This document shows, one piece after another, positions 19,344 through 29,362 of a stretch of DNA of 59,735 nt. A model generated the notes under the pieces. The model made no database searches and was not told the origin of the DNA. It was given only the letters and a program-made list of their open reading frames with translations. The position numbers and the translations under genes are program-made. Origin of the DNA: Ignavibacteriota bacterium (lineage in GTDB: Bacteria > Bacteroidota > Ignavibacteria > Kapaibacteriales > UBA2268); assembly GCA_041855325.1 (NCBI GenBank), contig JBHADY010000180.1:1-59735 (forward strand), read 5' to 3'. Numbering within the stretch: position 1 is the stretch's first letter; each line of letters begins with the position of its first letter.

Positions 19344-19895
19344 TTATTTATTCCTATTTCTAACTATTATATTGTATAAAGACCAAGCAGCGAGGGTCAT
19401 TCCGTCCCAAATTGAGCCGTCTTGCACGGCTTGGTTTAACTCATCGTAGCTTAGTTTTACTATTTCTATGTCTTCGCTTTCGTCACCAGTAAGGGAGAAG
19501 GGCTGTAAGTCCTCTGCCAAGTAGACGCTGCAAAGTTCATTAGTCATTCCATTGCAAGGATTGTGCCGAGATAATAGCCTCATCGCATTTGCTTTATAGC
19601 CCACTTCTTCTGCCAGCTCTTCTATGGCATTCACTTCAGCATCTTTGCCTATCTTGCAGCCACCACCAGGGAACTCAATGCTCACCTTTTGGTTTAAGTA
19701 TCTATATTGCTTAGTAAGCAAGAAGGTATCATCATCGAAGCGGGGGATTATCATCACCGAACCGCGAGAATTTACATAATAGTAATTCGCTTCCTTGCCA
19801 TTCGGCATTATATATCTATCAAGATCATAAGCCCAATAGGGGTTTTCGTGCAGACGCTTGCTCTCCACTGTGGAGAATAACTTAGGCTTATCCAT
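19344..19895 (-). CDS. NUDIX hydrolase (ADP-ribose pyrophosphatase-like)
   Basis: 183 aa. Nudix-box-like segment FPGGGCKIGKDAEVNAIEELAEEVGY. Overall size and layout match ADP-sugar pyrophosphatases. The box is not a perfect consensus match. Confidence 0.65.
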   Translation of the reverse strand: MDKPKLFSTVESKRLHENPYWAYDLDRYIMPNGKEANYYYVNSRGSVMIIPRFDDDTFLLTKQYRYLNQKVSIEFPGGGCKIGKDAEVNAIEELAEEVGYKANAMRLLSRHNPCNGMTNELCSVYLAEDLQPFSLTGDESEDIEIVKLSYDELNQAVQDGSIWDGMTLAAWSLYNIIVRNRNK

Positions 19896-19896
19896 T

Positions 19897-21450
19897 TTAT
19901 ATCATTCCCAGAACGCCGTTGGTTATGCTATTGTCTTTTCCGGCGATAACCCCGCGGAGAGTGAACTCCCTCAGAGTGCTAGTAACGGATAGCTCGCCCG
20001 CACCGGAAAACTTCTTTCCTGTGAATGGAAATATATCAGGTCCTCGCTGACACTTAGTATTGATATTCACTCTGCCACATTGCAAGTAGTATGCACGTGC
20101 TAAATCGGCTATAACTTTCTCGTCCTTGCCGAATATACTAATCTGTTGCCCAAAGTCCGAATTGCTTACATATTCTATAGTTTCATCTAAATCCTCGTAT
20201 TTAACTACTGGGACTATAGGACCGAACTGCTCTTCGCTATATATGCGCATATTCGGAGTGATATTCCCCAATAGGGAAGGAATGAATATAGTATGAAGCA
20301 CGGTTCCGCCACCGTTAGTATAGTTAATAGCCCCTTTGCTCAGAGCATCTTCCATTAAAGTCTTAAGATAGAGTATTCTATTTCTATCAAATATAGGAGT
20401 GATGCGCACATCGCTATCCCAAGGCATACCTATCTTTTCGGATTCTATCTCGCGACGCAGCACTTCCATAAGTTCATTATATATGGACGAATGAGCAAAG
20501 ATAATCTTTATCGCTGCACATCTCTGGCCATTGAACGCCAATGCCCCAAGTGCTAATTCTTTCGCAGTTTCTTCTATATCTGCATCGTGAAGGACTATTG
20601 CCGGGTTCTTTGCGTCCAAGCCGAGTAGCTTTTTCAGTTTGTATGGACGCGGATGCGATTGAATTATCGGCTCGGCGAACATATTGCTTCCCATATATGC
20701 AAGCATATCAATATTTCCTGTTTGCATAATCGGATTTATTGTTTCTTCGTTCTTTCCATAGATTACGTTTATAGCCCCAGCTGGGAATGCACCCTGCATA
20801 AGGTTAATGATACTGCTATGCAGAAGAGCCCCGTATCTCGGCACTTTCATTATTACGCTGTTCCCTGTAAGCAGTGCTGGAAGTGCCAATGAGTAAGTCT
20901 CATATAGCGGGTAATTGCTTGGTCCCATTGCTAAAACCACTCCCACCGGGCTATTAACTATCTTTCCCGCGAAGCCATTAGAGTATTGCGTTTCGCTTCC
21001 GGAATACATCTCTCTATATGCATCTATGGTTAAGCGGATGTATTCTATGGTTCTGTCAAATTCACTAATTGCCTCTGCCATTGGCTTGCAGGATTCCCAC
21101 ATCAATAGGCGGACAATTTCATCTTTATACTTCGCCAGCTCGTGAATAAACTCCTCTATGCACGAAGCGCGGTAATCTATGCTCTTGCTTTTCCAAACTT
21201 CGCTCCGCATTGCACTGATGGACGAGGCGAGGATTTCCCCGGCGATTTCGTGATTCATCAGTGGGTGGCTGCCAAGCCGCACTGGTTTTAATTCGCCCCC
21301 GTGATTAATAGCAATGGGAGAGCATACATCTTGGGAGTCTGTATCTAATCGGACTAACTCTCCGTTTATCAAAGAGCTTCCCTGCTCTATTGATTTCTCT
21401 ACAATTAACTCTTGCGGTATTTCTGATAGTTTAGGAAAAATGTTCAGCAT
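19897..21450 (-). CDS. gapN: Non-phosphorylating NADP-dependent glyceraldehyde-3-phosphate dehydrogenase-like aldehyde dehydrogenase
   Basis: ALDH catalytic motifs FNGQRCAAIK and EEQFGPIVPV. GapN-type C-terminal block NTKCQRGPDIFPFTGKKFSGAG. The ORF extends to 21498, but the Met at 21450 (MLNIFPKL) is a more plausible start. Confidence 0.75.
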   Translation of the reverse strand: MLNIFPKLSEIPQELIVEKSIEQGSSLINGELVRLDTDSQDVCSPIAINHGGELKPVRLGSHPLMNHEIAGEILASSISAMRSEVWKSKSIDYRASCIEEFIHELAKYKDEIVRLLMWESCKPMAEAISEFDRTIEYIRLTIDAYREMYSGSETQYSNGFAGKIVNSPVGVVLAMGPSNYPLYETYSLALPALLTGNSVIMKVPRYGALLHSSIINLMQGAFPAGAINVIYGKNEETINPIMQTGNIDMLAYMGSNMFAEPIIQSHPRPYKLKKLLGLDAKNPAIVLHDADIEETAKELALGALAFNGQRCAAIKIIFAHSSIYNELMEVLRREIESEKIGMPWDSDVRITPIFDRNRILYLKTLMEDALSKGAINYTNGGGTVLHTIFIPSLLGNITPNMRIYSEEQFGPIVPVVKYEDLDETIEYVSNSDFGQQISIFGKDEKVIADLARAYYLQCGRVNINTKCQRGPDIFPFTGKKFSGAGELSVTSTLREFTLRGVIAGKDNSITNGVLGMI

Positions 21451-21519
21451 CTGTAGTAAAAGTATATATATGTAGTTTATTAAATATAGTGAGTTCATTT
21501 ATTACATTGACTTATGCCG

Positions 21520-22752
21520 TTAAAGCATATTTTGCACGAATAGCTCATCTAAGCCTATGTCATTATCTAAGAATGTGGCTATTTCTTTGCTATCAGTCGG
21601 ACGACTTATTTTGGAGTATCCCTGCTGGTCGCGGAACATAAGCATAATATTCTCTATTCCAGCATTTTTTACTATCTCTGCATTATGAGTGGATAGTATT
21701 ATCTGCTTATAGCGGGCAGCATCTTTCATCATATCCACTACTTTAGAGATGATATTCGGGTGAATAGTGCGTTCCGGCTCATCGAATATAGTTAAATACT
21801 TCTCATCGAAGTATAAGGATAGTATTATTATCATCAGGAATACAGTCCCGTTCGATAGCAAGCTCGCTGGGATATAGCTATTATGGAACTTCTCCTTCAC
21901 CATAATGGTTTGCACAAGTCCATTCTCTACTGCTATATTCACATCTTCTATATCTGGGAGTATATAATTCAGCACATTGAAGAACTGCCGGCGCTTTCTT
22001 TCGTCGTTCAGCACGGAGTGCAGCAATGTGGTATATTGGTCTTTAGTCTCTTTCTCGTCTTTCATTAATGGATTAAACTTCAGCGAGGAGAGCAAATCTT
22101 GTTCAAATTCATAAATAGATATCTTATCTGCTACTTTCTGGGCTATATTTATATTGAATAGCTGGGAGAATACCCTATGAATAGCCAGTTCATCATCAGC
22201 GAAAGTGCCTTTCTTAAACTCATCGAAGGCGGAGAATAGATCCACCGCAGAGAAATCCAAACTATCATAGTTATTAACTTTATAGTTATAAGCATTCCCA
22301 TCTCTTTCAGCAATAAGCTCGGCACCGGAGACCTTCACTCCATTATCAAACAGCTCGAATGCTATGCTTAGTTTATCGCTAAGCAATGTAGTATGAGAAT
22401 CAGGCTTTATTGTGAAGTCGGATTTTATTCCTTTAATCAAAGTTCGATATTCCTTCCCATTAACTGATAGCATTGTTTCCACTTCGCTTGTCATAGTGAT
22501 GTCATAAGCAAGGCGGATGGCAGTATCATTATTGCACTGCAGGAAGTAGTTCATCAGATAGGAATATCCCCCTTGGTTCGATAACGCTGTGCGCAGGTTA
22601 TTGCTTAGTATGTCCTTAATTACTTTGAATAAGAGTATAAAATTGGACTTCCCGGAGCCGTTAAGTCCGATAATAACATTAAAGTCAATTAGCTCTACTT
22701 TAATAGATTGAAAGCTTTTGATGTTTGCGCATTCTATGCTATTTATTCTCAT
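21520..22752 (-). CDS. ABC/SMC-like AAA ATPase (AAA_15/AAA_21-type), no nuclease domain seen
   Basis: Walker A GLNGSGKSNF near the N-terminus. Long helical insert. ABC-signature-like LSNGT. Walker B TIFDEPERTIHP. H-loop-like LSTHN. 410 aa. Confidence 0.7.
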   Translation of the reverse strand: MRINSIECANIKSFQSIKVELIDFNVIIGLNGSGKSNFILLFKVIKDILSNNLRTALSNQGGYSYLMNYFLQCNNDTAIRLAYDITMTSEVETMLSVNGKEYRTLIKGIKSDFTIKPDSHTTLLSDKLSIAFELFDNGVKVSGAELIAERDGNAYNYKVNNYDSLDFSAVDLFSAFDEFKKGTFADDELAIHRVFSQLFNINIAQKVADKISIYEFEQDLLSSLKFNPLMKDEKETKDQYTTLLHSVLNDERKRRQFFNVLNYILPDIEDVNIAVENGLVQTIMVKEKFHNSYIPASLLSNGTVFLMIIILSLYFDEKYLTIFDEPERTIHPNIISKVVDMMKDAARYKQIILSTHNAEIVKNAGIENIMLMFRDQQGYSKISRPTDSKEIATFLDNDIGLDELFVQNML

Positions 22753-22913
22753 TCTTGCCTCTTTTCAATTAATTAGTACATCTATTAAGCGACATAGGGT
22801 AAACGATTTTATAGATTATAAATTTTATTCATCTAGATAATACAAGAAAAGGACGACTCCATATTATGAAATCGCCCATTCTTATTTTGCTATATTATTT
22901 AGCTATTTTATGA

Positions 22914-23903
22914 TTAATCTTCAGCAGTTAGTGGTTTAAAGCCTGTGCCTAAGATTTCCTTAGAGTCCAGCACGTTGATAAACGCCTTCGGGTCTATCTT
23001 TGCTATTCTGTACTTTAAGATCATCATTTCGCGGCGAGTAAGCACTGTATAGATAACATCAGAGCTTGTGTTATTATACATACCAGTTGCTGGGATTAGC
23101 GTAGCACCGCGATTAATATCTTTCAGGATAATATCCTTCACTTCGTCTATCTTGCTTGTTACTATCATCAGTGTCTTATGAACAGAAGCACCTTCCACGA
23201 TTAAATCGATTACCTTACCTTCGATGAATACGATAATCCAGGAGTACATCGGGAGTCTCCAGTCGCCGAATGCTACTACAGTTGATAATGTAATAGTACA
23301 GTCCACGATTATAACGAGGGTACCAAGGGAGATATGAGTATATTTATTAAGTATCATAGCGATGATATCAGAACCGCCGGAAGTAGCGCGGGATTTAAAT
23401 ATCATACCGATACCGATACCATAAACTATACCACCAAAGATAGATGATAGCAGGTGTTCCTGCAATAAAGGACGCATAGCTGATGCGAACTGTTCCATTT
23501 GCGCTGCTTGCGATAAGTCAAATTGTGCTTGCAAAGCGTTCAATTGAGCTAATACTTCTGTCGATTCCAAAAGTGGCAACCATCCATATAAGTTGTGGAT
23601 TAAGCCCATAAAGAATGGAATAGCAAAAGTAGAAATTACTGTTTTTATACCGAACTTTGGTCCTAAGAAGTAGATACCAAGTATTAATAATGGAATATCC
23701 ATAGATAAAGCGGCGATTTCTGTGCGCCAGCCCCATAAGTTATGGAATACCATAGATAGACCGTAAGTTCCACCCGGGGCAAATCCGTATGGTTCGGCAA
23801 ATAATACTGCTCCCAGCGAGAATACAAAACAACCGCCGAGCAGCCAAGCATAAGTTATGAAGAAGTCTTTAGAGAAGAGCTTCTCTTTCGTAACAAAACC
23901 CAT
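22914..23903 (-). CDS. YitT family membrane protein (DUF2179 C-terminal domain)
   Basis: Multi-pass membrane N-terminal half with FAEPYGFAPGGTYGLS and SGGSDIIAMI motifs. Soluble C-terminal domain typical of YitT/DUF2179 proteins. Confidence 0.7.
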   Translation of the reverse strand: MGFVTKEKLFSKDFFITYAWLLGGCFVFSLGAVLFAEPYGFAPGGTYGLSMVFHNLWGWRTEIAALSMDIPLLILGIYFLGPKFGIKTVISTFAIPFFMGLIHNLYGWLPLLESTEVLAQLNALQAQFDLSQAAQMEQFASAMRPLLQEHLLSSIFGGIVYGIGIGMIFKSRATSGGSDIIAMILNKYTHISLGTLVIIVDCTITLSTVVAFGDWRLPMYSWIIVFIEGKVIDLIVEGASVHKTLMIVTSKIDEVKDIILKDINRGATLIPATGMYNNTSSDVIYTVLTRREMMILKYRIAKIDPKAFINVLDSKEILGTGFKPLTAED

Positions 23904-23955
23904 TAGTTAATTATATATTAATTGAACAATATTTGCTAATAGTAGCTTAGTAAAC

Positions 23956-23992
23956 AAAAAAAACGTTATGCTTAATGACTAATAAGCATAAC
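23956..23992 (-). terminator. Rho-independent terminator downstream of the TonB-dependent receptor gene
   Basis: Perfect 10-bp stem gttatgctta (23965-23974) / taagcataac (23983-23992) with an 8-nt loop. On the minus strand the stem is followed by a U8 run (A8 at 23956-23963 on the plus strand). Confidence 0.75.
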
Positions 23993-24048
23993 ATATTTAT
24001 ATTGATAAAAGTTAATTAGCGTACCAAAAGACCGCAAAGATACGAAAA

Positions 24049-24108
24049 AGTATGTGCATTAGCAAATAATTTATTAATTTACGTTAACTTATTCGCAATG
24101 CACATACT
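24049..24108 (-). terminator. Long-loop hairpin immediately after the TBDR stop codon
   Basis: 12-bp perfect stem agtatgtgcatt (24049-24060) / aatgcacatact (24097-24108) with a 36-nt AT-rich loop. On the minus strand it is followed by uuuuucg. It lies in tandem with the 23956-23992 terminator. Confidence 0.4.
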
Positions 24109-24118
24109 GTTTATTTTC

Positions 24119-26461
24119 TTAGAACTTAAAGCTAAGTCCGAATGTTGGAATAAATGGAAATAGTGTCATTTGCTTCACCACGCGTTTATCTGGCTCAGAG
24201 TAACCATCTTTACTTTCACCATAACCAATATACCATAAGAATGGATTCTTTCTATTATATGCGTTATATAAGTTTATTGAGAACTCGAACGGCAGACCAA
24301 ACCACTCGAACTTATACATAAAGTTCAGGTCTAACTTATGGAATGCCGGCAAGCGTGCCCCATTCTTATCAGTGAATTGATAATATTCGTTTAGTACTAC
24401 TCTTCCGCCACTCACATAATCTGGATCTATACCAATATACTCGCCAGTCGGCATAGTGTATGCTTGGCCTGTGCCGTATACCCAGCTTGCTCCAAGCTCC
24501 CATTTCTCGCCTAATTTGTAATTAAGAGTAAGGGAAACGTCGTGCCTTCTGTCATACCTCGGGAAGAACTCCTTGCCATTGTTTATTTCTGGGAATTTGC
24601 GCTTAGCCCAAGAGAGGGTATATCCCAACCAGCCAGTGAAGTTACCGAGGCGTTTATTTAAGAATACTTCAAAACCGTATGAATAGCCAGTGCCACGAGT
24701 GAATTGCTCTTCCAATGGAATACCGAAGGTAAATGAAGCATCATCCTTATACTCTACTAAGTTATCCATAGTCTTATAATATGCTTCTACGGAAAGTAGG
24801 TATTCACCTTCGTTAAATATGTGTTCATATCCCAGCACACCTTGGATACTTTCCTGCGGTTTGATAGTCTTAGTCGATGGATACCATAGGTCTGTAGGGA
24901 GGGATATATCATTTCTGATTATCATATGCAGGAACTGATGCGCCATAGCTGCAGATGCAGTAAGCGAAGAGTTCTCCGTCAGAGTATATGAAGCAGATAG
25001 CCTTGGCTCTGCTTTGAAGTAATTACCCTGAGAGAAGAAGTATCCGCGCACACCCAAGTTCGTAGTAAATCTATTCGTTACTTTCCATTCGTCTTGCAGA
25101 TAGATAGCCGCATCCACTGCAGAAATCTGATTTGGTTTAAAGAGGTCGAAATCATCGAAGTCGTCTAATCTGGAGAATATAGCAGTGCCAAATGTATGAT
25201 TAGTTACCTCTGCACCCAATTTAATTATATGGCTTTCATTCGGGAAGTATTGAGCTTCCGCGCGAAGCATATAGTCTTCGATAATGGACTTAGTTCCCCA
25301 AACGGGCTTTTTGCCTGCTGAGTCAACTAAGTTCATATTGAAGTTATAGTTCGTGTATATTAATGATACATTAGTAAAGAGAGTAGGCGAAATGATGTGC
25401 ATCCATCTTAGGTTACCGGTTTGGTTACCCCAGAATATACTGAAGCCTTCATTTTTGCCTGCACTAAGTACGTCTCTGCCGAAGTATCCGCTGGCGAAGA
25501 TTCTATCATTCTCTCCGAGCTTATAATTCACCTTAGCGTTTAAGTCGTAGAAGTAGTAATTAGGCATTTCGTCGGTGCTTTCGCCCATATAGCTCGCCAT
25601 TCCTTTCATCAGGAGGTCGAGGTACATTCTTCTGCCGGAAATCATAAAAGTTGAGTTCTCGTTTATTGGTCCCTCTAAAGTTAAGCGAGAGCTAATTAAG
25701 CTAATACCACCAGAGCCGGAGAATTTCTCTTTATTGCCCTCTTTCATAGTCATATCAATAACAGAGGAAAGCCTGCCGCCGTATTCCGCCGGAAAACCAC
25801 CTTTGATAAGTCTAATATCGCGAAGCGCCTCGGAGTTAAATGAGGAGAGGAATCCACCAAGGTGAGATGGGTTATAAACTATAACGCCATCTAAGAGGAC
25901 TAAGTTTTGATCCGGAGAACCGCCGCGCACGTAAAGTCCGCTGGAAAGTTCATTCGATTGCTTAACCCCGGGGAGAAGCTGCAATGTGCGGAACACATCA
26001 GCTTCGCCTCCGAGAGATGGCATCTTTAGTACAAAATCCGACTTTATATCCACAGATGATATTCTATTCACTGGGTCTTTCAGTCTTTCGGCAGTTACCA
26101 CCACTTCGTCAGCTAAGTATTCTTTAATCTCTAATTGCACGTTGTGGGTAAGGTCGCCGCTTACTTTGATTTTCTTCACATAGTCTTTATATCCCACTCC
26201 GGACACGACGAGGAAGTATTCCCCGTGCTTCACTTTTGGGATAGAGAAGAAACCGAACTTGTTGCTCATAGCCCCGCGAATGGGCTTTGCGTTCCCTGTT
26301 GTATCTTTATATATAGCTACCGGCACGCCGATGACGTTTTCTCCGGAGCTTTTCTCGCTAACAATACCGGAAATAGCAGATGTCTCTTCCTGAGCAATCA
26401 TACTGCCACTAAATAAAAAGAGACTTTCCAAAAGATAAGCCAGAAAAAGTACTTTTTTCAT
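24119..26461 (-). CDS. TonB-dependent receptor with CarboxypepD_reg-like N-terminal domain
   Basis: Signal peptide. GIVSEKSSGENVIGVPVAI...GEYFLVVSGVGY (carboxypeptidase-regulatory-like). Plug motifs LLPGV, GLYVRGGSPDQNLVLLDG. 780 aa with a beta-barrel-like C-terminus ending FGLSFKF. Confidence 0.85.
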   Translation of the reverse strand: MKKVLFLAYLLESLFLFSGSMIAQEETSAISGIVSEKSSGENVIGVPVAIYKDTTGNAKPIRGAMSNKFGFFSIPKVKHGEYFLVVSGVGYKDYVKKIKVSGDLTHNVQLEIKEYLADEVVVTAERLKDPVNRISSVDIKSDFVLKMPSLGGEADVFRTLQLLPGVKQSNELSSGLYVRGGSPDQNLVLLDGVIVYNPSHLGGFLSSFNSEALRDIRLIKGGFPAEYGGRLSSVIDMTMKEGNKEKFSGSGGISLISSRLTLEGPINENSTFMISGRRMYLDLLMKGMASYMGESTDEMPNYYFYDLNAKVNYKLGENDRIFASGYFGRDVLSAGKNEGFSIFWGNQTGNLRWMHIISPTLFTNVSLIYTNYNFNMNLVDSAGKKPVWGTKSIIEDYMLRAEAQYFPNESHIIKLGAEVTNHTFGTAIFSRLDDFDDFDLFKPNQISAVDAAIYLQDEWKVTNRFTTNLGVRGYFFSQGNYFKAEPRLSASYTLTENSSLTASAAMAHQFLHMIIRNDISLPTDLWYPSTKTIKPQESIQGVLGYEHIFNEGEYLLSVEAYYKTMDNLVEYKDDASFTFGIPLEEQFTRGTGYSYGFEVFLNKRLGNFTGWLGYTLSWAKRKFPEINNGKEFFPRYDRRHDVSLTLNYKLGEKWELGASWVYGTGQAYTMPTGEYIGIDPDYVSGGRVVLNEYYQFTDKNGARLPAFHKLDLNFMYKFEWFGLPFEFSINLYNAYNRKNPFLWYIGYGESKDGYSEPDKRVVKQMTLFPFIPTFGLSFKF

Positions 26462-26485
26462 AGTTCTATATTGTATAAAATTAGT

Positions 26486-26899
26486 CTATTTATTCTCTAT
26501 GGATTTAATGAAGTCAACGAAGAACTTAGGCGGTCTGCATGGCTTCATATTTTCAATATGAGTGAAGCAGTGAGTAGTGCTTCCGGAGCAGAGCAATTCC
26601 TCTCCGCGGAAAATGCGATAGTTAAATGTTATGCGCACGCCCAATTTAGTATCAATAGTTGTTTCCATATCGAGCAGGTCATCATACACTGCTGGAGCGT
26701 GATACTCAGCGCTGGCGCTTAATAGTGGAAAGTAATAGCCCTGCTCCTCAATATATCTATTGGACATACCTTCCGCTCTTAATAGCTCTGTTCTTCCTGT
26801 TTCGAAATACTTAATATAGTTTGCGTGATATACTACTGCCATCTTATCTGTATCATAGTATGGCACTCTAATTTGATGAATGTGTTTAATTACTGACAT
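26486..26899 (-). CDS. Acyl-CoA thioesterase, YbgC/4HBT family
   Basis: VPYYDTDKMAVVYHANYIKYFETGRTELLR hot-dog-fold thioesterase motif. The ORF extends to 26962, but the Met at 26899 (MSVIKHIHQIRV) gives the canonical length. Confidence 0.75.
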   Translation of the reverse strand: MSVIKHIHQIRVPYYDTDKMAVVYHANYIKYFETGRTELLRAEGMSNRYIEEQGYYFPLLSASAEYHAPAVYDDLLDMETTIDTKLGVRITFNYRIFRGEELLCSGSTTHCFTHIENMKPCRPPKFFVDFIKSIENK

Positions 26900-27052
26900 T
26901 TGTTTGACCTTTGATAATTTGTGTATGTATGTTAATAACTTCTTATACGAAGTAATCGACAATAAGTGAGATCTTTTTTAATTTTTCTTAACAATTTTCT
27001 CATTGTTAACTTCTTTTATCACAATTAAATATAGATAATGCACAGTATAATG

Positions 27053-27685
27053 CTATTTCGCTCCCTTCTTATTGAATATTACTCTTACTGTTTGCCAAAG
27101 TATCTTCATATCCAATAGCGGAGATATATTTTCTATATATTCGATGTCGTATTTTAGTTTTTCCTTGTGCATAGCCATATTATCCGTATAACCTATCTCT
27201 ACTTGTGTTAAGCAGGTAAGCCCCGGACGAATGGCATTTCTCTTATGAAATTCTGGGATATGCTCTATGATATTCTCATAGTATATAATTGGCTCTGGTC
27301 TAGGACCAATTATGCTCATATCGCGGAGGAGGATATTTAGGAATTGAGGGAATTCATCTATTCTATGATGCCTCATAAACATAGATATCTTGCTGATGCG
27401 TCCCTTATTATTAAAGGTGCGCAATTTATAGATATTGAATATCCTGCCGTTTAAGCCTATTCTCTCCTGCACGAAGAATGGGTTTTTCGCACCGTCGAGT
27501 ATAAGCAGGATAACAGCCACGAGCAGAATAGATATAATTATTGGGCTAAATATAAGTATAGCAATGCATTCGACTATCCAGCGGAAAAAGAGATATACCC
27601 TTTTTCCGCGAGAGACGTGTATTTGCTCACTTGCTTCTGCTTCTCGCTTTTGCATATAGTTCGTTATAGTTGTCGAATCGTACAT
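27053..27685 (-). CDS. Undecaprenyl-phosphate sugar phosphotransferase (bacterial sugar transferase family)
   Basis: One N-terminal TM segment followed by FFVQERIGLNGRIFNIYKLRTF, DEFPQFLNILLRDMSIIGPRPE motifs typical of the WbaP/PglC C-terminal domain family. Confidence 0.8.
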   Translation of the reverse strand: MYDSTTITNYMQKREAEASEQIHVSRGKRVYLFFRWIVECIAILIFSPIIISILLVAVILLILDGAKNPFFVQERIGLNGRIFNIYKLRTFNNKGRISKISMFMRHHRIDEFPQFLNILLRDMSIIGPRPEPIIYYENIIEHIPEFHKRNAIRPGLTCLTQVEIGYTDNMAMHKEKLKYDIEYIENISPLLDMKILWQTVRVIFNKKGAK

Positions 27686-27956
27686 TGCTAATGAATTTAC
27701 TTAGTTCAGAATAGACGGAACTAATGTTATAATAGTGTTATACTATGCTTAATTAAATTTTTCTGGCAATCTATATTTTTCTTGTAACATTTTGCGTATC
27801 GCAAATTACGCATTTTTCCATATATAATCAATACGATTAGCACATAATTATTCTAAATATTAAATAAATTTGAGATTTAATTTAATTATTAACAAAAATT
27901 TGATTATTTTTGAGTACTTAAATTTACACTCGGATTTAGATTTTTTATAGTTAACA

Positions 27957-29282
27957 ATGGACACTCCAAAGCTAATCTTAAAAGATATAGACAATTTAGA
28001 CAATATAGATGTGTATATCCAGCACGATGGATTTAAAGCATATAGAAAAGCTATAGCGCAAACTCCAGAAGATATAATAAACGAAGTAAAGAAATCAGGA
28101 CTCCGCGGTCGTGGTGGCGCAGGATTCCCCACAGGGCTTAAATGGTCATTTATGCCAAAAGGCGATAATATCATTCGCTACCTCGCAGTTAATGGTGATG
28201 AGTCCGAGCCGGGCTCTTTCAAAGATAGACAAATCTTCGAATATAACCCATTCCAACTTATCGAAGGCATTATGATTGCCGGATATGCTATGCAGATTAA
28301 AGCTGCATATTTATACATTCGCGGTGAATACCACAAATGGTACGACCTTATGCAAAAAGCTGTGGACACAGCTTATGAACGCGGATTAATCGGCGATAAG
28401 ATGTCCGAAACATTCGGAAATCCATATAAAATTGACATCTATCTGCATAAAGGTGCCGGAGCTTATGTGTGCGGCGAAGAAACTGCACAAATGAACTCCA
28501 CTGAAGGCAAAAGAGGATACCCAAGAATTAAACCTCCGTTCCCAGCGAATGCAGGTCTTTGGGGCAAACCAACTACTGTTAATAACGTGGAAACTATCAC
28601 TGCAGTGCCTGCTATTATTAATATCGGCGCAGAAGCTTATTCGCAAATTGGCGAACCAAAGCACCCTGGAACTCTCCTTTTCGGCGTTAGCGGACACGTT
28701 AATAAACCCGGCGTGTATGAACTGCCAACAGGTACGCTACTTACAGATATTATCTATAATGTCTGCGGTGGCGTGAAAGGCGGAAAGAAAGTTAAAGCTG
28801 TTATCCCAGGTGGATCTTCTATGCCTCCGCTCCGTGGCGATGAAATCGAAGACGTGAGAATGGACGAAGAAACTCTGAAAACTTACGGCACACACATTGG
28901 TACTGGTGGCATTATGGTAATGGACGAAGATACTGACCTGCTGAAAGTACTAAAGAGAATAGCACACTTCTATCACCACGAGTCCTGCGGACAGTGCACT
29001 CCTTGCCGCGAAGGAACAGGCTGGATGGAAAAAGTGCTCAAAAGAATTAGTGACGGAAATGGTACTAGCAAAGACTTAGACTTGCTCGTTTCCGTAGCTT
29101 CAAACATAGAAGGACGAACTGTTTGCGCACTTGGCGATGCAGCTGCTTGGCCAGTGAAAGGTTTCATAACCAAATTCCGCGATGAGTTCGAGAAATACGT
29201 TAAACCAAACGTGCAGCTCGTTCCACCGAATGTAGCTCACGGCAAGAAAGCTACTAAGCAGGACTTAGTAGAAGTAATATAA
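27957..29282 (+). CDS. nuoF: NADH-quinone oxidoreductase subunit F-like flavoprotein (stand-alone)
   Basis: SGLRGRGGAGFPTGLKWSF (FMN/NADH site), GAGAYVCGEETA, and the 4Fe-4S N3 motif ESCGQCTPCREGTGW. 441 aa. No nuoE or nuoG next to it. Confidence 0.85.
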   Translation: MDTPKLILKDIDNLDNIDVYIQHDGFKAYRKAIAQTPEDIINEVKKSGLRGRGGAGFPTGLKWSFMPKGDNIIRYLAVNGDESEPGSFKDRQIFEYNPFQLIEGIMIAGYAMQIKAAYLYIRGEYHKWYDLMQKAVDTAYERGLIGDKMSETFGNPYKIDIYLHKGAGAYVCGEETAQMNSTEGKRGYPRIKPPFPANAGLWGKPTTVNNVETITAVPAIINIGAEAYSQIGEPKHPGTLLFGVSGHVNKPGVYELPTGTLLTDIIYNVCGGVKGGKKVKAVIPGGSSMPPLRGDEIEDVRMDEETLKTYGTHIGTGGIMVMDEDTDLLKVLKRIAHFYHHESCGQCTPCREGTGWMEKVLKRISDGNGTSKDLDLLVSVASNIEGRTVCALGDAAAWPVKGFITKFRDEFEKYVKPNVQLVPPNVAHGKKATKQDLVEVI

Positions 29283-29305
29283 TCGAATATAATAACTCAA
29301 TACAT

Positions 29306-29343
29306 AAAAGTTTGCCCCTCAAAAGCGAAGGGCAAACTTTTTT
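29306..29343 (+). terminator. Rho-independent terminator after nuoF
   Basis: Stem gtttgccc (29310-29317) / gggcaaac (29330-29337), loop 12 nt, followed by T6. Confidence 0.75.
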
Positions 29344-29362
29344 CGTTTAGTCTTACTTTAAT

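Noticed and set aside
23518-23736. 72-aa minus-strand ORF inside the YitT gene. Also alternative-frame ORFs inside the POT transporter (40149-40460, 41034-41225) and parB (41523-42449).
   Set aside because: They are out of frame within well-supported genes and have no motifs.
27860-28174. 104-aa minus-strand ORF overlapping the nuoF start
   Set aside because: It overlaps a confidently identified nuoF N-terminus on the opposite strand and extends into the AT-rich promoter region. No motifs.
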